From Wallemia ichthyophaga EXF-994 (lineage: Eukaryota > Fungi > Basidiomycota), in the NCBI RefSeq assembly GCF_000400465.1, contig NW_008806285.1, positions 20,001 through 268,000 of the forward strand: a stretch of DNA of 248,000 bases, in the 5' to 3' direction. The translations under genes and the position numbers were made by a program. The notes under the pieces are model-generated. The model searched no databases. It was not told where the DNA came from and saw only the letters and a program-made list of their open reading frames with translations. Position 1 is the first letter of the stretch. Each line of letters starts with the position of its first letter. Positions 14,052 through 29,305 of this stretch are shown piece by piece.

Positions 14052-15087
14052 ATGGTTGGTGGAGAGTAGCAAGCCAGACAAAGCTGAGAGAGTGATAGTG
14101 CATTGTAGTTTACGCTGTCAACAGACACTCGAAATACCAGCTGTGGGTGATGCGCTTTGTGCGCTGACTTATGGCTGCTGCTGACTGACCAAGTGCACTG
14201 GCTGCGAATAGAGACGAGTGGCTTGAAAGGCCTACACAGCCAGCGAGAGTGCACAACTTCGGTGATGATTCCAAGGAGGAGTGTATATCCGGGATTGATC
14301 TGCTAATGCAGGGTACTTGGATTGGAGTGAGCAAGTCGGGCAAAATAGCAGCGCTGTGGGTAAATCTATATCTGAATAGATCTACTAACAGCGAAACAGC
14401 ACAAATTACTTTGAACCGCTCCCGAAAGACGGAAAATTGCTCAAGTCAAGGGGAGCGATAACGCGAGACTGTCTCCAGAGCGGCAGAAGCATTGAAGACG
14501 ATCTCGAAGAGGTTTCAAAAATCAAAGACGAAGTGGGGCCGTTTAACCTGTTACTCATTCAGGCCGAAAAGGGGAACGTGCGCTACGGCTACGCCACAAA
14601 CAGATCGATATCGACAAACTACCACGGAATGTTTAGCGAGGACATTGGAGGCATGTCGAATGGATATGTAGACGCCAACGACGAGATAGCCTCACAGTCA
14701 GAGTGGCACAAAGTAAAGCGCGGCAAAGAAGACCTCGACAAGTCAATTGAGCGCGATATGCAAGAGACGGAGCTACTCGATACACTCGAGAATGCTATCT
14801 CCAATGAGGTACACCCAATGCAGACAAGACAGCATTTTCAATTCAGCGCGAGAATCCCACCAATTATTATGCGTCCGGGCGCCAATCCGATTCCTGTGGA
14901 TGAAGCAAACAAAGACGATATCAAGGCGATATACGCGACGAGGCTCATCACATTTATCCTCGTCGATAACGACGGCAATGTTAAATTTATTGAAAAAGAT
15001 ATTTACCAACTACGCGGCTCAGATGTCCTCAAGGCTGATAGCCAGCGCTCTTTGTTCTTCGACAACGACCACGGTCAATCTAAATAA
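14052..15087 (+). CDS. NRDE/TANGO2 family protein
   Basis: ATG-intron-CIVV start; ANRDEWLERPT motif; GTWIGVSKSGK; FNLLL; YATRLITFILVD. Confidence 0.85.
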
Positions 15088-15129
15088 TTTGATTGTTTTC
15101 GTCTCCATCTGCTTATCGTGATGGGTATG

Positions 15130-18100
15130 CCAGTAGAGCACATATTGCGCAATGCCAGGCAGAGGCCACTCAACAACGACGAAGTATCTGTGGGTACCGC
15201 GGAAATGGCGAGAGATGGGTGGCTTATTCAAGTTCACGCAGCACGTTATCGCACCTATCTCTGAATTCCTATTTGAAAAGGGCAAGGAGAATGGCGAGAA
15301 GAAACCTGATTGGTTTAGCGATAAATACAACGGGAATGGTATTCTTACAGAAGCCACGGCATTTGCTACGCGTTAGTTTTGGTTTGGCGCTTGAGTTTTG
15401 ACTTAAGGAATGCTCAGGTCTATTCGCTTATTTACCACCCAAAGAGGAGCTACTGATTTACCAGGATCATCTCTTTCAACAGCTTTTTAGTAATCCTCAC
15501 AGGGTACTGGATTGGCAGCTCTGCAAGCTACAGGCTCGATACATGTGAGTATTGTGCATTTACTTGCAGTAAACCGTAACACTAACACTCTCCAGCTACT
15601 TCCGCAATATCAGCGACAAGAAGCTGAATAGCTTCTTTTCAAACATCTACCGATGGGAAGCTCAAGCTTATCAACCACTTCTCTCCGAAACAGCTTCTCC
15701 ACTCATCAGCTTAGACAACATTAACCAATCACTATACCACATGTGCATCTTGCATCCTGAATTTTTCTTCATGGGAGAAGTCATCAGCGTTATGCTCCCG
15801 AAACTTCAAGGCGATGTCGGTTTCATGGACCACCTCCCACCCCCACCGACGATCCTCGCATTGACAGCATCTGACAATGAAGACGTCAGCCAATGGGCGA
15901 ACGATATGATCGATAGACATACTTGGAAACCAATCACCAAGGAAAATGCCAAGGTGTACTTGATCATTTTTCGCAACATCCTCAAGCTTATTGTCGATAG
16001 AGAGAATGGGAATCTCGACGCTGATGGAGAGTGGCCTATACAGGATGACCCGGAAGTACTATGGACCGTCCTCGCCAAGACACTAGCCGCTATGGATTCA
16101 AGTGCCATTGAGGAAGTCAGCAGATTTTGTCCTGGGTTATTGAAAGACGTACAGAGGCACCTATGTGATGTTAGGGGTAGGACATTTACACCACTTTTGA
16201 GGTGTTTTGTCGCTCTCATATCTGTCAAACAAACATACTGGTCTGTGGACTCGTATAATGAACAGCAGAGGCAGAAAAATGACGACGAGCATTCAGTTTT
16301 ACTTCTGCGACTGATGAATTCAGTTTTGGATAATCCACTTTACAGGCCTCTGGTGACACAGCCTGTCACCTTCCGCCACGATGACGATATGAGTTGGCCT
16401 CTCAATTGGTGGTCGAATCTCGTTATGAATGTCGAAGATGTCCATGAGTTACATGATTCAGCCCTAAGGAGTATTGCTAGGAGAGGTTTCGAGTCCACTG
16501 GTAACGGCGGCGAGAACACCAAATACAAGTACTACGAAAATATCATTGGCGTTTTAGAGAAATGCCTAAACAAATATGAAGGAAATGAGCGAAAAATGCA
16601 ACTGGTTTTTGAAATTCTAAGCATATACAAGAATAGCTTGCTCGAGACGGCCTTTTTGTTACAAGAAGGCAACCCAGCACGTGGCAAATCACAAGAAGCC
16701 ACAAGAGGTTTGTTGCGACTGTGTCTAAGAAAAGATTGTGTTCGCCTAAAGCGCGGTTTAAATGACTTCATGGCAAAATTTACTCCATGGAAAGATTACG
16801 AGAGGCAGCGTCAGCGGAAAAAAGTACCCAAAGAACCAAAAGTAGAACTTGACACAAAGAAAACTATCATTGCGACAGAAATTTGGGCTGCAGTATACAC
16901 AGTTATTGGCCTTACGAACAATATCGATGATCAGTTTGCATGGAATTTAATCCTAACAAATTTGTCGTCGATTAGCCACCTTTCGCAGCTGGAAAATAGT
17001 CAATACGACGAAACAGTTGTTCCCGCTCGGATGAAGAACACTCTATTAACATTTAGGTCGGCGTACAACAATGCGATTAATACTATGCAATTCCAATTCA
17101 GAAAATTGGTACAGAATTATCTCGACGATTCGACACAACACCTTCAGATATTAGAACATACGCTTAAGGCTCCGAATGTGCAAATGGCAATAATGCGGTT
17201 ATACCTATCACCCAACGGAGAGATCCACGAGCCTATAATCAGTCTACTCAAGATGATTTCAGATCAAGATGAAAAATCTGAGGCTATACAATGGATGCTA
17301 TTCAAACACCCCAAGACTTTCTTAGGCGGTGTAGCTGCACAATGCAAGACATTCTTGTCGGTCGCAGATTTGCATCTCGAGGCCTTGAACTTTGCCAATT
17401 GTATATCAAATCAGAATGAAGAAATACTGCCGATGATCGCTTCTTCTTCAACCGGCTTCCTCAATCGATATGGTGGAGAACCAGCAATCAAGCAAGCTTT
17501 GCTTGAGTATTGGGTGGAGCTTTGTAGATTTACATCGTGTGTACTCAAATCGGCTCCCAAGTGGCACAGATATTGTGGCAAGGAGGAAATGATTTCATGG
17601 ATGCGTGAATCTATCACACTTGCTGGTGTTCTTCTTGATTCTGAAAAAGAGTTGCAGAGGTATATTACTTCAGTTTCTTCAAAAATGGTACGTTTTTGTG
17701 TAAGTTTCTCCTTACCACTTACACCCAATAGCTCGAACCCTTAAATGAGGTACTGGTTCAGTCTGTGGGCTGGCTCAGAGCAACAGATATGACAGTCGTA
17801 GAGTTTACCTTCAGATTTATCGACTCTACTCTTTCAGCATTTAAACAGTCGGAATGTTTACCTGCACCGAAAGCTTTGGAGATGCTGAATGTATTTCTTG
17901 ATTCTCGCGTTCTGTATCTTGGTTTCTGACCTCACAATCACAGGACTACTATCGTCAGGCAAACAAACCTGGAGGCTCTGTGATGAAGCTATCACATCTT
18001 TCGCTCAGTAAACTCAAGTACCACCTTTCTACATTCAACGATGAGAGTGATGAGGAGGATGTGCAGATCATCGATAAGAAGCCATCGCTTGGTAAATTGC

Positions 18101-21100
18101 AGAAAGCACTGGGTGTTGACAAGAAGCCTAGTCCGGCTGATTTTTTGAAGGAAAAGCAGCACGAAAGGGAGCGTCAAGAGAAAGCTAAACAGGCGGAGCA
18201 GGTAAAGAATCCATTTATGAGGAAAATTGCTGGTAAGCCACTTCTCACCGGACTCACCACAAAGAAAGGCGAAGCGCGTAAACCTTTTGTTGCTCCACAG
18301 AGGCTAACATACGGCGGTAATAAAAAGGAAGAGTCAGAATCATCCGATGATGGCGGTGACCCTGGTGGCTTGAAGGATATGGATTTGAATCCTGAGCAGG
18401 CCAAGCAGAAGATGCAAGCTGTGAAAGAGAGAAGAGGCGGTACCAAGGTTATCGATCCTCTAGTCGGAACGTCAACCAAAAAGCAACAATTGAAGAGTGA
18501 TGCGAAGCGTGATGAATCATTCCAACGCCGTCAGAGACTCGATCCTGATATCAGCGACTTACAGAAACTCCTGCTCAATGTTGACTACAACGATCCTAAC
18601 ATGAAGATCGGTTCGCTTGATCCTACACAACGGATCCCTATCGACTTCAGAAACTACACTCACTATTGGGACATAATGCGACCACTTCTATTCGAAGAGA
18701 CATCTGAGCAGCTCAAGCAAGCCAGATCGGCAGTACAAGTGGAGGAGACGGTGACTGTCTACGTTTCCGCTAAGACGTTTGTAAATGATTATGCGGAAGT
18801 TGTGTTGAATGTCAAATGCAATGCGCCATCCCAGTACTCACTGAGCGAGAATGAGCTGGTGACGCTGAGTAAAGATGATGGCATCCAGCCTGGTGCCCAA
18901 AGATCAGGAGCACCGACTGAGAATCATCCATGTCAAAATCTCATCGCTAAGGTGCAAAGTTTCAAGCGCAGACATCAAGATCTCATTGTGACAGTGTGGT
19001 TACCGCTGCGCAGATCTGCTGCTTTCCAAGATAAGCACAAGTGGAAAATGCAGAAATTCTATTCGCTCAGCACGCTATACAGAGAATATGGTGCGTTGAA
19101 AGGCTTACAGTATTACGGGCCTGTGATGAATAAGATTCTCAATCCCGTAATCAAAGATAAGTTGCAGTTAGATAGTGATACAGTTAAAAAAACGATGAAA
19201 ATGTTGGAAGTTAACGAATCACAAGCTAATGCTGTGCTTAGCGCCCTCTGTACACCTGCAGATGGCTCTTTCAGTCTCATTCAAGGTCCACCTGGTACTG
19301 GTAAATCTAAGACCATTCTGGCATTAGTTGCTCAGTTTTTGAGCATGAGACCTAAGCCTATAGTCAGCAAAGCCAACCCAAATGCGGCTGATGGCTGGGT
19401 GCCTCCAAAAATACTCCTTTGCGCACCTTCTAACGCTGCTATTGATGAAGTTGTCAATAGACTAAAAGTGCCTATTAGGGGTGTTAATGGTGACATGAAA
19501 GAAGTGAACGTAATCAGAATAGGTGCAGATTCGTCAATGTCAGTTTCTGCTAAAGAGCGCTCGCTAGAGGAGTTGGTAGATCAGCGCGTCAACTTGGATC
19601 CGACAAGTGCCAGCATGGACAATGGATCGATGGTCGGTGACTATAGAGACCAGTTGACACAGTGTAAAAACAGCATTAATGAGATCAGAAACACTATCAA
19701 CCAGAAGCAGCAGAATGAAGGGACAGCCACTCAAGGTGAGAAAGAAGAGTTGAGGAAGTTGAGCGACAAGAGGAATGAGATATCTACCAAGCTGGATAAG
19801 GCCAGAGATACGCAGAAGTCATCTGCCAAAGCTAGAGATGCATCGAGACGAACACATCGCAGAGCAGTCATGATGGAAGCTGATGTTGTATGTTCGACAT
19901 TGTCAGGTGCTGGTAAAGGAGATCTAGCTGAGTTGCCGGTTGACTTTGAGACTGTGATTATTGATGAAGCAGCACAAGCTGTTGAAGTGTCAGCGCTAAT
20001 TCCATTCAAATATGGATGTAAGAGACCGATACTAATTGGTGATCAGCATCAGTTACCTCCAACTGTAATGTCCACTGAAGCTAGCAAGAAAGGATATTCG
20101 AGGTCTTTGTTTGTCAGACTGATGGAGACTAACAAAGGATGCGTGCATTTGTTGAACGAACAATATCGTATGCATCCAGATATATCCAAACTGCCTTCAG
20201 CTGTATTCTACCAAGGTCAGTTAAAAGATGGGTTAAGGATGGCCGAGAAGACTAAGGCTCCGTGGCACGATAATGCCTTATTCGGAACTTACAGGTTCTT
20301 TGACTTCGCACAAGGTTCTGAAAGGCGCGTAGATAATTCCTACGTGAATGATGGCGAAGCAGATCTTGTCATATCGCTTTATGAGAGATTAAAGAGACAG
20401 TTTGGTGAAGAGTTTTCATTGGATTACAGAGTCGCAATTATTGCAACATACAAACAGCAAGTCTTCAATATCAAGAGAAAACTCAGGAACAGGTTTAACA
20501 ACACAGATAAAGATATCTTAGCCAAAGTTGATGTAAATACCGTCGATGGTTTCCAAGGTCAAGAGAAGAGCGTTATTATATTATCCACAGTTCGATCTTC
20601 CCAATTTGATAACGATGGCGTTTTCAAGGATCGCAGTGGAGGTCCTATCGGTTTCTTGAAAGATATGAGACGTATGAACGTTGCTTTGACTCGTGCTCAG
20701 TCGTCCTTGTTCATAGTAGGAAATGCTGACAGGCTGTCGTACGATGAAACATGGAAGAAGATTGTTGGCGATGCACAGGGTAGAAATTTACTTGAGAAAG
20801 TGAGTACATGAAGACGCTTTAATAACACTGCTAACAGTGAACAGGTAAATGCCAAGTACTTCCAACAGCCAGCGAATCATGTGGCTGCGAAAGCCAAGCA
20901 ACCTGCCAAACACCCATCAGGATTCGAGAAGGATGTTCGCAACAACGCCAAAAAGAACGATAAGGGTGAGGTTGAGCAGCAATCAATACCAGACAACCTT
21001 GTTCCAGCTAGCAATTCTCCCGTAAAGCGCAAAGCGACTGCTGAGAGTGGATCCAGCATGGCGAAAAAGATGAAAGCCGCTGAAATGAATCAAAATGACA

Positions 21101-21500
21101 GCAACGTAATAGACATTGATGGTGATCAGAATAGTGACATACCAGGTATTAGGTCAGATTCAGCAGATCAGTTGGTCAATGCACCAGTTCTTGAATCAGT
21201 AAACATGGACACCGACTCCAGCAATCGTTCCCAGTCTGTATCAGTTGAGCCTGGCAAAGGACCTCGTACAATGATGCACAATGGCACGGCGCAAGATGAT
21301 GAGCAGAAGAAAGCTATCCAGGCAGCACACAACAGGAAGAAACAAGCAGCCAAGAATAACTCTATGTTTATCAATAAGAAGAAAGTGTGTTCTGCGTTGT
21401 TAAAAATATTTTCACTAACGCTCAGTAGCCAAAGAAATGAGATAGCTAAGAAAATTACTATCAAACTTTCCAAAATTCAAAGGCATTTCATTTATGATTG
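15130..21500 (+). CDS. SEN1: Sen1/senataxin SF1 RNA-DNA helicase (ends approximate)
   Basis: Long N-terminal domain then GPPGTGKSKT, LCAPSNAAIDE, IIDEAAQA, LIGDQHQLPPT, QYRMHP, TVDGFQGQEK, RMNVALTRA. Confidence 0.93.
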
Positions 21501-21574
21501 GTATCATCAAGATCAGCATCAATCACATTACTACATAAAATTGGCAGCTTAGCAGAAGATTGGCATAAGTTGAA

Positions 21575-22793
21575 TTAGAGACGGGCCTCAGGTCTCTTCT
21601 CACGAACTAAACCTTGCTGAGCTGTTAAAGCTACTAGTCTGCCGTCTTGTGACCAAAACTCTCCTTGCACATTTCCGCGTCCGTGTGCTGAAACTGGGCA
21701 AAAAGTCCTGTATATGAGCCACTCGCCCGCGTCGAAATTGTCGTACTTTTGTGAAAAAAATGAGCAGATGAAGCATATGAAAGTGCCACTCACAAACCAC
21801 ATGGAATGATCGAGTGAAGTAATCATGCCGAGATTTGAATACTGACGCAACCCAAGGGAGTGAGCGACCGTGTGCAGAAAGTTCAAGTCCGACATGTACG
21901 CTAATACTGCCTTTTAATCTTAAGCGCAGTTACGCGTTAAAAGCTTTACCAACCTTTTGCTTTGAATCCTTATCACCGGGTGAGCTTTTCGCTTTGATCC
22001 ACCAGCTAAACTCATTTGAAATGTTAAGGTTACCCTTTTCGTCATACTGACTGACTTTCGATGCGTCTTTTAAAGCGACATCTGACGTGCGACGTTCCTG
22101 TGTGATTTCAGTTGTGCCTAGCTAAGAGTAAACTTAAAACTGACATCTATTCTTGCTATGATGGTTTCAGACAGCTTACTGTCTAGCTTGGAATGATACT
22201 TATCCAAAAAGCGCTGCCATCTGTCTTCACTCAACTCGCATTCCTCTGGTGGAGGTATGTCGGCCGGTGGTTTGATGGAAAATTTAGGCTGAGAAGGTTC
22301 TGGCTGAGCAAAAGAAGCAGTGAGAGTGAATATGTTATTGCCATCTTGGCTGGCTCTAACGCAGTACGTCTGATAACTTTTACCTAGACGTAAAGGCTGT
22401 ACATCTATTAAGTTGATAGCCGGTGAGATTAGGTTAAGTGGGAGAAAGCTCACTCACGATAGACGACTGGCATCGTGGATTGACCAGCTAGTAGAAAATA
22501 GCAATGAAAGGAATGGAGGCCGTAACGTTCGCCGGACCTGTCTTCGGTTACGAGGGTGGCGGCTTGAATAGCTTGAGATATAACTGAACCACCGAATACA
22601 CCAACGGAGGCGGATACGGGCTTCCATAGAGGTTTCTAATTAGTAGTCAGAGGCTGTTTTTTCTAGTCGGCAAACGTACTTTTGACCGGTAGAGATAGAG
22701 GTCGATCTTTTCGAGCTGAAGACGGGGTGAATTATGCATGAGTGGGTATTAGATACGCACATCTAAATTACTGCTAATCCAATCGTTGCCCAT
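21575..22793 (-). CDS. TES1: Acyl-CoA thioesterase II
   Basis: Exons give GVFGGSVISQAIQAA, GLHSFH, GKSYQTYCVRASQDG, ITSLDHSMWF, SAHGRGNVQG. Confidence 0.88.
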
Positions 22794-23305
22794 GTCTTAG
22801 AAAGATGTTGAAGCGGTTGAAGCGGTTGAAGCGGTTGAGGGTGATGGCCGTAAATGACTCAAAGGAACATGTGGAGGTTGATAGCCGGTAATAACACTCG
22901 CATTGATAACCAATAGGCTGCGGAGTTGCACGATCGTATAAAGTCATAGGTACGTTCCCAAGACGCGTAGACACCCAGAAATGAAGTGACATTCTGTCAA
23001 GCGTGACATAATGAGGCATATGAGCAGTAATCAAGACAAATAAGGCAATTGGGCCAGGTGCCATGTCCACATATTGAATCAGCTGACGCCATGCATGGAA
23101 TTGACGTTGCGCACCCGCTTTGGAGGCAGTCGGCAAACGAAGCGGATGCAGGTACTAAATAAACTGCGCCAGAAAAGCTGCTTCTTCTTAGACCACCAAT
23201 TTTAAAATAATTTTGTCTGATCGAATTCCGCACTTAGTCAGGATCCCAAGCGCACGCGGCAAAGCCAGACAACACGACTTGAATTTAACGACCACATCGC
23301 AAAAT

Positions 23306-26300
23306 ATGGAAATAGCAGTTGGGATTGCGGTACATGACTTTGAGCCTTCAGAACGAGATCCATCGATACTTAGCTTCAGTAAGAATGATATCGTGCACAT
23401 ACTCAATAAGGATGCTTCCGGTTGGTGGGATTGCCAAGTCAACGGTATTAGAGGCTGGCTGCCTATGAATTACGTGACAGAGGATATCGTACGTGCTTAT
23501 ATCCCCTCTCCACTTTATACTCACATTGATACCACAGGACGCTTTCTACGGCAACAGCGAAGATGATCTCGAGACTCGTGATGCTGACAAGAAGGATCAT
23601 CTCAAAATCTCAGACGATAATCTCAACGACGACTTTCCCCACGACGATCTTAATCCGCAGTCACAGCCCAAGGATTCTCCAATTGCAGCCGTGCGGAATG
23701 CTTTGACTTTGGTGAAATCTGCTGTTATATCTAGTCACCTGTCACACCTTCAGCCAGCTACAGCTTGTGTTATATCCTCGGTTAGATCCCTTCTCGCATC
23801 CGCAGACGCTTTGAACAAGGACTCGCATAGCAACAAGATTAGCGCGTCTATCGCAGAAAACAGACGAAATCTACTGTCTCTGCTATCCAGGTTCGTCGTT
23901 CAAAGCAGATTGGTTATGAAAGAAGCTTTGCAAACCTCCAATAAGGTTTTGCTAAGCGAGGATCTCGAGGAGGTTATTCCGATGGCCGATCAAGTTTTCG
24001 TCTTGGCTGAGAATTTCGCAAATCTCTGCAAGTCGCATGGTATTAGTCTAGGCGAAGATTTCACCCCTTATTCTTCTCCGCATACATCTCAATTGCCTCA
24101 TCATGAAACCAAGTGTCAAACTGAAAACGACATCCAAATTTCAGCTATACAAAGACAATCATCTGGAATATCCAGAATGACTTCCTTTGACTCTTTCAAG
24201 AGCTCCGCAGCTCAATCCGGCGCCTCTTCAGCCGTATCTCTCGTTTTCAATACCCGTGATGCGGGTGATTATTTGACCGAGGATAATATCAAACATGAAT
24301 CCTCCGCGGATCAAACTTTTGACAAACTTCTTTACGTTATCAATGAGGCTCTCAAGTCAACTATCGCAGCAACCCTCGGACATTTACACGCCATGCCCAG
24401 TCAAAATCATGCGTCATCTAGTATCCATTTGATCGACCTACTCAAGGAGACGATAGCAATAGTAAAGCGTCTTCTGACGGTTTTACAATCAATTCAACAG
24501 AATGGTCCGCTGAATACCATCGTTCCTAGGGACGGTTCTATGTTGGATGAAACAATTAGAGACACATACCTTTCCACTGATGATTTGGTAGCAGCAGCGG
24601 AGTCTTTACTATTTAATCAACCTCAAACGACATTGATAGATAGTACGCACGAGTCAAAGAGACACCACTTACTCTCGTGTATAATGCAAATTTACAAGAT
24701 AACAACGGAAGCGTATGAGATATCTTCGAGAATGATTGAGTACGCATCAAGGGCATCTATACCATTAAAATTGAACGTAAACATGCCAAACCGCACATCT
24801 AAGACTAGTCTACAAGACATAACAAATAATGATTTCAACAAGACGTTATCACAGCAAGACACGCTGCCACAAACAGTTACAGAAGCTAGTCAAAAAGAGC
24901 TTAAGAGACGGCACAGAAGACAACAGACGTTGTCAATGTTTGATAGAAGGACTGCCAGTCTTACGAATCTCCAAGATCAATTCCAATATGACAACAGTGG
25001 CAAGGAAGAGGGTAAAGAAATATTAACGACACCCACACTCCAAGATACCTTCGATCATGATAATGAAAATGACCGACCAGAGAGCAGTGCATCACATGAT
25101 ACGACTATCTGCGCACCATATATCACTTTCACAAGTACAGAAAATATTGGCACACCAACACAGGTTGAGAACATGAAGAATATATCTCCAACTTCAGGCA
25201 CATTCACAGAACAAAGCTCATCACCACAGTGGAATAATTGGGGAAATTCAAATGTGCTGAATTTGCCCACAGGCAGTCCAGAAGCGAGCAAATCATCCAC
25301 AACGCCCGAATCGCCTGTCGGTATTGCATTACCGTTGAGCACTCCGGACGTTGCAAAGGGACATGCCGTTGGTGGCAAGATGCCTAGTTTATCAAACGCA
25401 CCTGGTAGTTTTGATTTATCCGCTCTCAGACCTAGACCGCGAGCTAGAGCTGCGACTGTTGGGACAGCCGATATTAGTCAAAATCGCTATGATGAGAAGG
25501 AAAATTCTGCAGATTCGCCAGCATTGAAGTTGTCGTTCAGTGGTACGAATCCAAGTATTAGTAATACACAAAGAGATGATCTATCGGCAGCTTCGTTGAC
25601 ATCAGGATCTGAAGCCAACGGATCTATCGCGTCGACGAGAAGCAACACGGACGATGGTTTTGGTAAGGCTGGCACGTCTACACCCGCTACTGTTCACAGC
25701 TGGGTTTTGGATGAAAAAGGCTCGATTCGCGACAAGCCCAAGTTTGATATCGGTATTGAGACGGACAGTGACGGTGAAGATGTTGATAACTTGCCTCCAT
25801 TGCCGCTAAAGCAATACAGCGGGCGTCAACGCCAGAGAGCACTCACGACATCAGCGGCTCAGCCTTCCTCGCATCGTGGTTTGCAATCGACCGTCAACTT
25901 TGGGAAATATGATATAGTCAGAGGCGGTATGAATAACAAAATCATGGGCGCAACATTACCATCACTCGTGGCAACACTCACACCACACGATGTGACGCTC
26001 GACATCAATATTTTAGAAACATTCATGATGACATTTAGGCTATTTACGACACCGATCCAATTCGCAATTGAGCTTAAAAGTCGATTCGAAAATGCCGATG
26101 ATATTGAAAATAACAGTATCAGCAATACGATCAGACTGGGAGTGTATAATCTAGCCAAATTGTGGCTTGAAGTACATTGGGTCGATCGAGAAGACTACAA
26201 TGCACTTGAGACTATAGAGGATTTGGGTGTGAATTCCAACACTATGAACACATATACCGCATCGACTGATGTCTTATTGAATCTCATTGATAGACGTCGC

Positions 26301-27566
26301 TTCGAGCATGAGCATCCAGAGTCGATGAATCACAACAACAGCTCGTACAATTCAATAAGCAATAAGACAAAGTCTAAAAGACATGATGGACAGCATTCGC
26401 TCAAGATGTTTAAGAATCTGCAATTTTCAGAGACTAGCTCGGTTATGATGAACAGATATAGCAGGAGTTCAATAGGTAGTTCGATGGATCAGATACCAGT
26501 ACCACAAATCGGCAAGACACTTTTAAATCACTTAAAGTCGCCTCAAGGGTTGACGTCAGCTCCACTACCTACGGACTTCGAGCCAATTGAAATGGCGAGG
26601 CAGTTGACAATAATGGAGAGCAGGTTGTATCAGTGCGTTACTGTCTCAGAATTACTTAGTGTCAATGAAGGCGGAAGCAATAAAAAAGGCGTAGATGCGA
26701 ATGACGTCAGACCGGCTCTAAAGGCTATGAGTGAATTCACCACCCGCGTTACAGCTTGGGTGAGCGAATCCATCCTTAGAGAGGGCGAAGCTAGAAAAAG
26801 AGTACCTCCGATCAAGTTTTGGATCAAGGTGTGCAAGGTGGGTAGGATAAAATTTGTCGAGCTGTCTGACACGATTACCAGCATTCACTTTCGCTGAACA
26901 ACTACGGACTACTTATTGCGATTGTTTGTGGCTTGACGACATCGACAATCAGTAGACTCAAGCGGACTTGGGAGGTGTGTGAGAGTGTTACAGAAATAGC
27001 ACATGCTAATATCATCATTTAGCTCGTACCCGTAAAACATCGCAATCTGCTAAACAACCTCAACACAATGGCTGCATGTGATAGGAACTATGCAGTATAC
27101 AGAGCCAAATTACGTTCAGCTCAATTACCCGCATTACCATATGTCGGGCTGTTCCTGTCAGATCTTACATTTGTGCACGTTGGTAACAAACCAACGAGAC
27201 CATCATCGATAGATGGCAGAAGACAGGTGATCAATTTTGACAAGTATGAGAAGCTCAAGAACATTATTCAAGGTGTGTTGAATAATATACCAAGTATCAG
27301 TATTAACCAGATTATTAGATTTTATGAGATTTCAAGAGCCTTTCAGGTTGACAGAAGTGCCCGAGTTCCAAACATACCTGCATAGAGCATTGACACATGT
27401 GGAAGCCAGCAACGAATCAGCACAAGATTTGTATAATAGAAGCTGTGTGCTTGAACCAAAGAACTCGAGCGTGTCAATGCAGAAAGTGAAGAGCAATACA
27501 TCGATAGATTCTCTGAGACATTCAGTAGATCGCAGGGAGTTATTTGGATGGACAAAAAGACATTAA
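23306..27566 (+). CDS. Ras guanine-nucleotide exchange factor with N-terminal SH3 (Cdc25-like)
   Basis: SH3 (AVHDFEP..LSFSKNDIV..GWWDC..RGWLPMNYV), REM domain (FMMTFRLFTTP), CDC25 domain (EMARQLTIME, ALPYVGLFLSDLTF, INFDKY). Confidence 0.9.
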
Positions 27567-27921
27567 AAAAGACATACAGTAACGACACAATTTAGAAAGG
27601 AGACATTGGAATACGATATAAATATTCCTGTACAATGACAATGCAAATGTATAATTAAATATTGAATGAAATGATTAAGAATGTGATTGATAATAAAGCT
27701 GATAAATTGTTAATAAGCATTTAAAAGTTTGTAGAATATTCGCCATCGCCATGTTTCGCCTGATCATTTTAGGAATAACAAATTGCCACAACTGAACCCA
27801 TAATTGAGGCGGTTGCTTTGGTTATCCAAGAGCCGCCACGATTTTTAGAAATTTATTTAGAGCGTCTAGAGTAGCTTTATCCTCAATACCAACATTCAAT
27901 TTTACAGCCACAACGAATATT

Positions 27922-28957
27922 ATGTCAGAGAGAGTACACAACAGAGTAGTGAGTTGTGTAGATGATAGTCACAGCAAATAGCTCATACATGCCATAGGTT
28001 ATCATTGGATCAGGTCCAGCTGGTCACACAGCAGCAGTTTACCTCGCTAGAGCAGAAATGTCACCTGTCATGTTCGAAGGAATGCTTGCGAACGGTGTGG
28101 CTCCAGGTGGTCAACTCACAACGACAACCGATGTCGAGAACTATCCAGGTTTCCCAGACGGTATTAGAGGTCCTGAGATGATGGACAAGTTTAGAGCCCA
28201 GTCTGAGAGATTCGGTACTCAGATCCACACTGAGACCATCTCCAAAGTTGATTTATCCAACAGACCTTTCAAATATTGGAGAGAGGGTTATGAGGAAGAT
28301 GGAGAAGCGTTTGAGTTGGCTGACTCTCTCATTTTAGCCACAGGTGCATCTGCCAAGCGTTTGTTCATACCTGGTGAAGAAACATATTGGCAGTCAGGTA
28401 TTTCTGCATGTGCAGTTTGCGATGGTGCAGCACCAATTTTCAGAAACAAATCTTTGGCAGTCATTGGTGGTGGTGACTCCGCAGCAGAAGAAGCTACATA
28501 CCTCACCAAATACGCTTCACATGTTCACGTCTTAGTACGCAAGTCTGAATTAAGAGCTTCAAAGATCATGGCTGCAAGATTACTCAAGCATCCTAAGGTT
28601 ACGGTTCACTGGAACACAGTCGCAACTGAAGCACTTGGTGATGGCGATTTATTGCAAGGTCTCGGCCTCAAAAACACTCAATCTGGTGAAACTAGCAAGT
28701 TGGACGTGAATGGTCTGTTCTACGCTATCGGTCACGAACCTGCCACCGAACTTGTTAGATCTCAAGTAGATACTGATAACGACGGATATGTTAAGACTGT
28801 GCCAGGTACCACCCAAACTAACATCAAGGGTATCTTCGCTGCCGGTGACGTTCAAGATAAAAAATACAGACAGGCTGTCACATCAGCTGGTTCAGGTTGT
28901 ATGGCAGCTTTGGAGTGTGAAAGACTTCTTGCAGAGGAAGAAGTTGAGGAATCATAA
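27922..28957 (+). CDS. TRR1: Thioredoxin reductase
   Basis: [50 protein letters not shown]. Confidence 0.97.
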
Positions 28958-29305
28958 AAATCATTATAGAACTCTTCTTCATATATTAATATCTAGTTCA
29001 TTCATGCTTTATGTAAATGAAAATTGATCAAAATGTTCAAGTAATTTGTTATCAATGTTTATGTATGATCGTGTATACAAGCAAGTGAGGAGTAATGTAT
29101 CCAAGTGTCCGTTTGGGTATTGCTGTGACACTGAATATACGTATATTGATTGAATGATTGTCAAGAATGACTTTAAATTTGATATTTTTTGGTATGCTCT
29201 TCTTTTAAAATGAATGAAATGAGACTGAATCGAGTGAATTTAATTGAATGACCACCTTGTTTGGTATCCGCTATTTGTTTGAAAATGCAATAATTTTGTT
29301 ATCTC

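Noticed and set aside
22808-22838. (GTTGAAGCG)x3 tandem upstream of TES1
   Set aside because: Very short microsatellite-like repeat with no unique spacers; not CRISPR.
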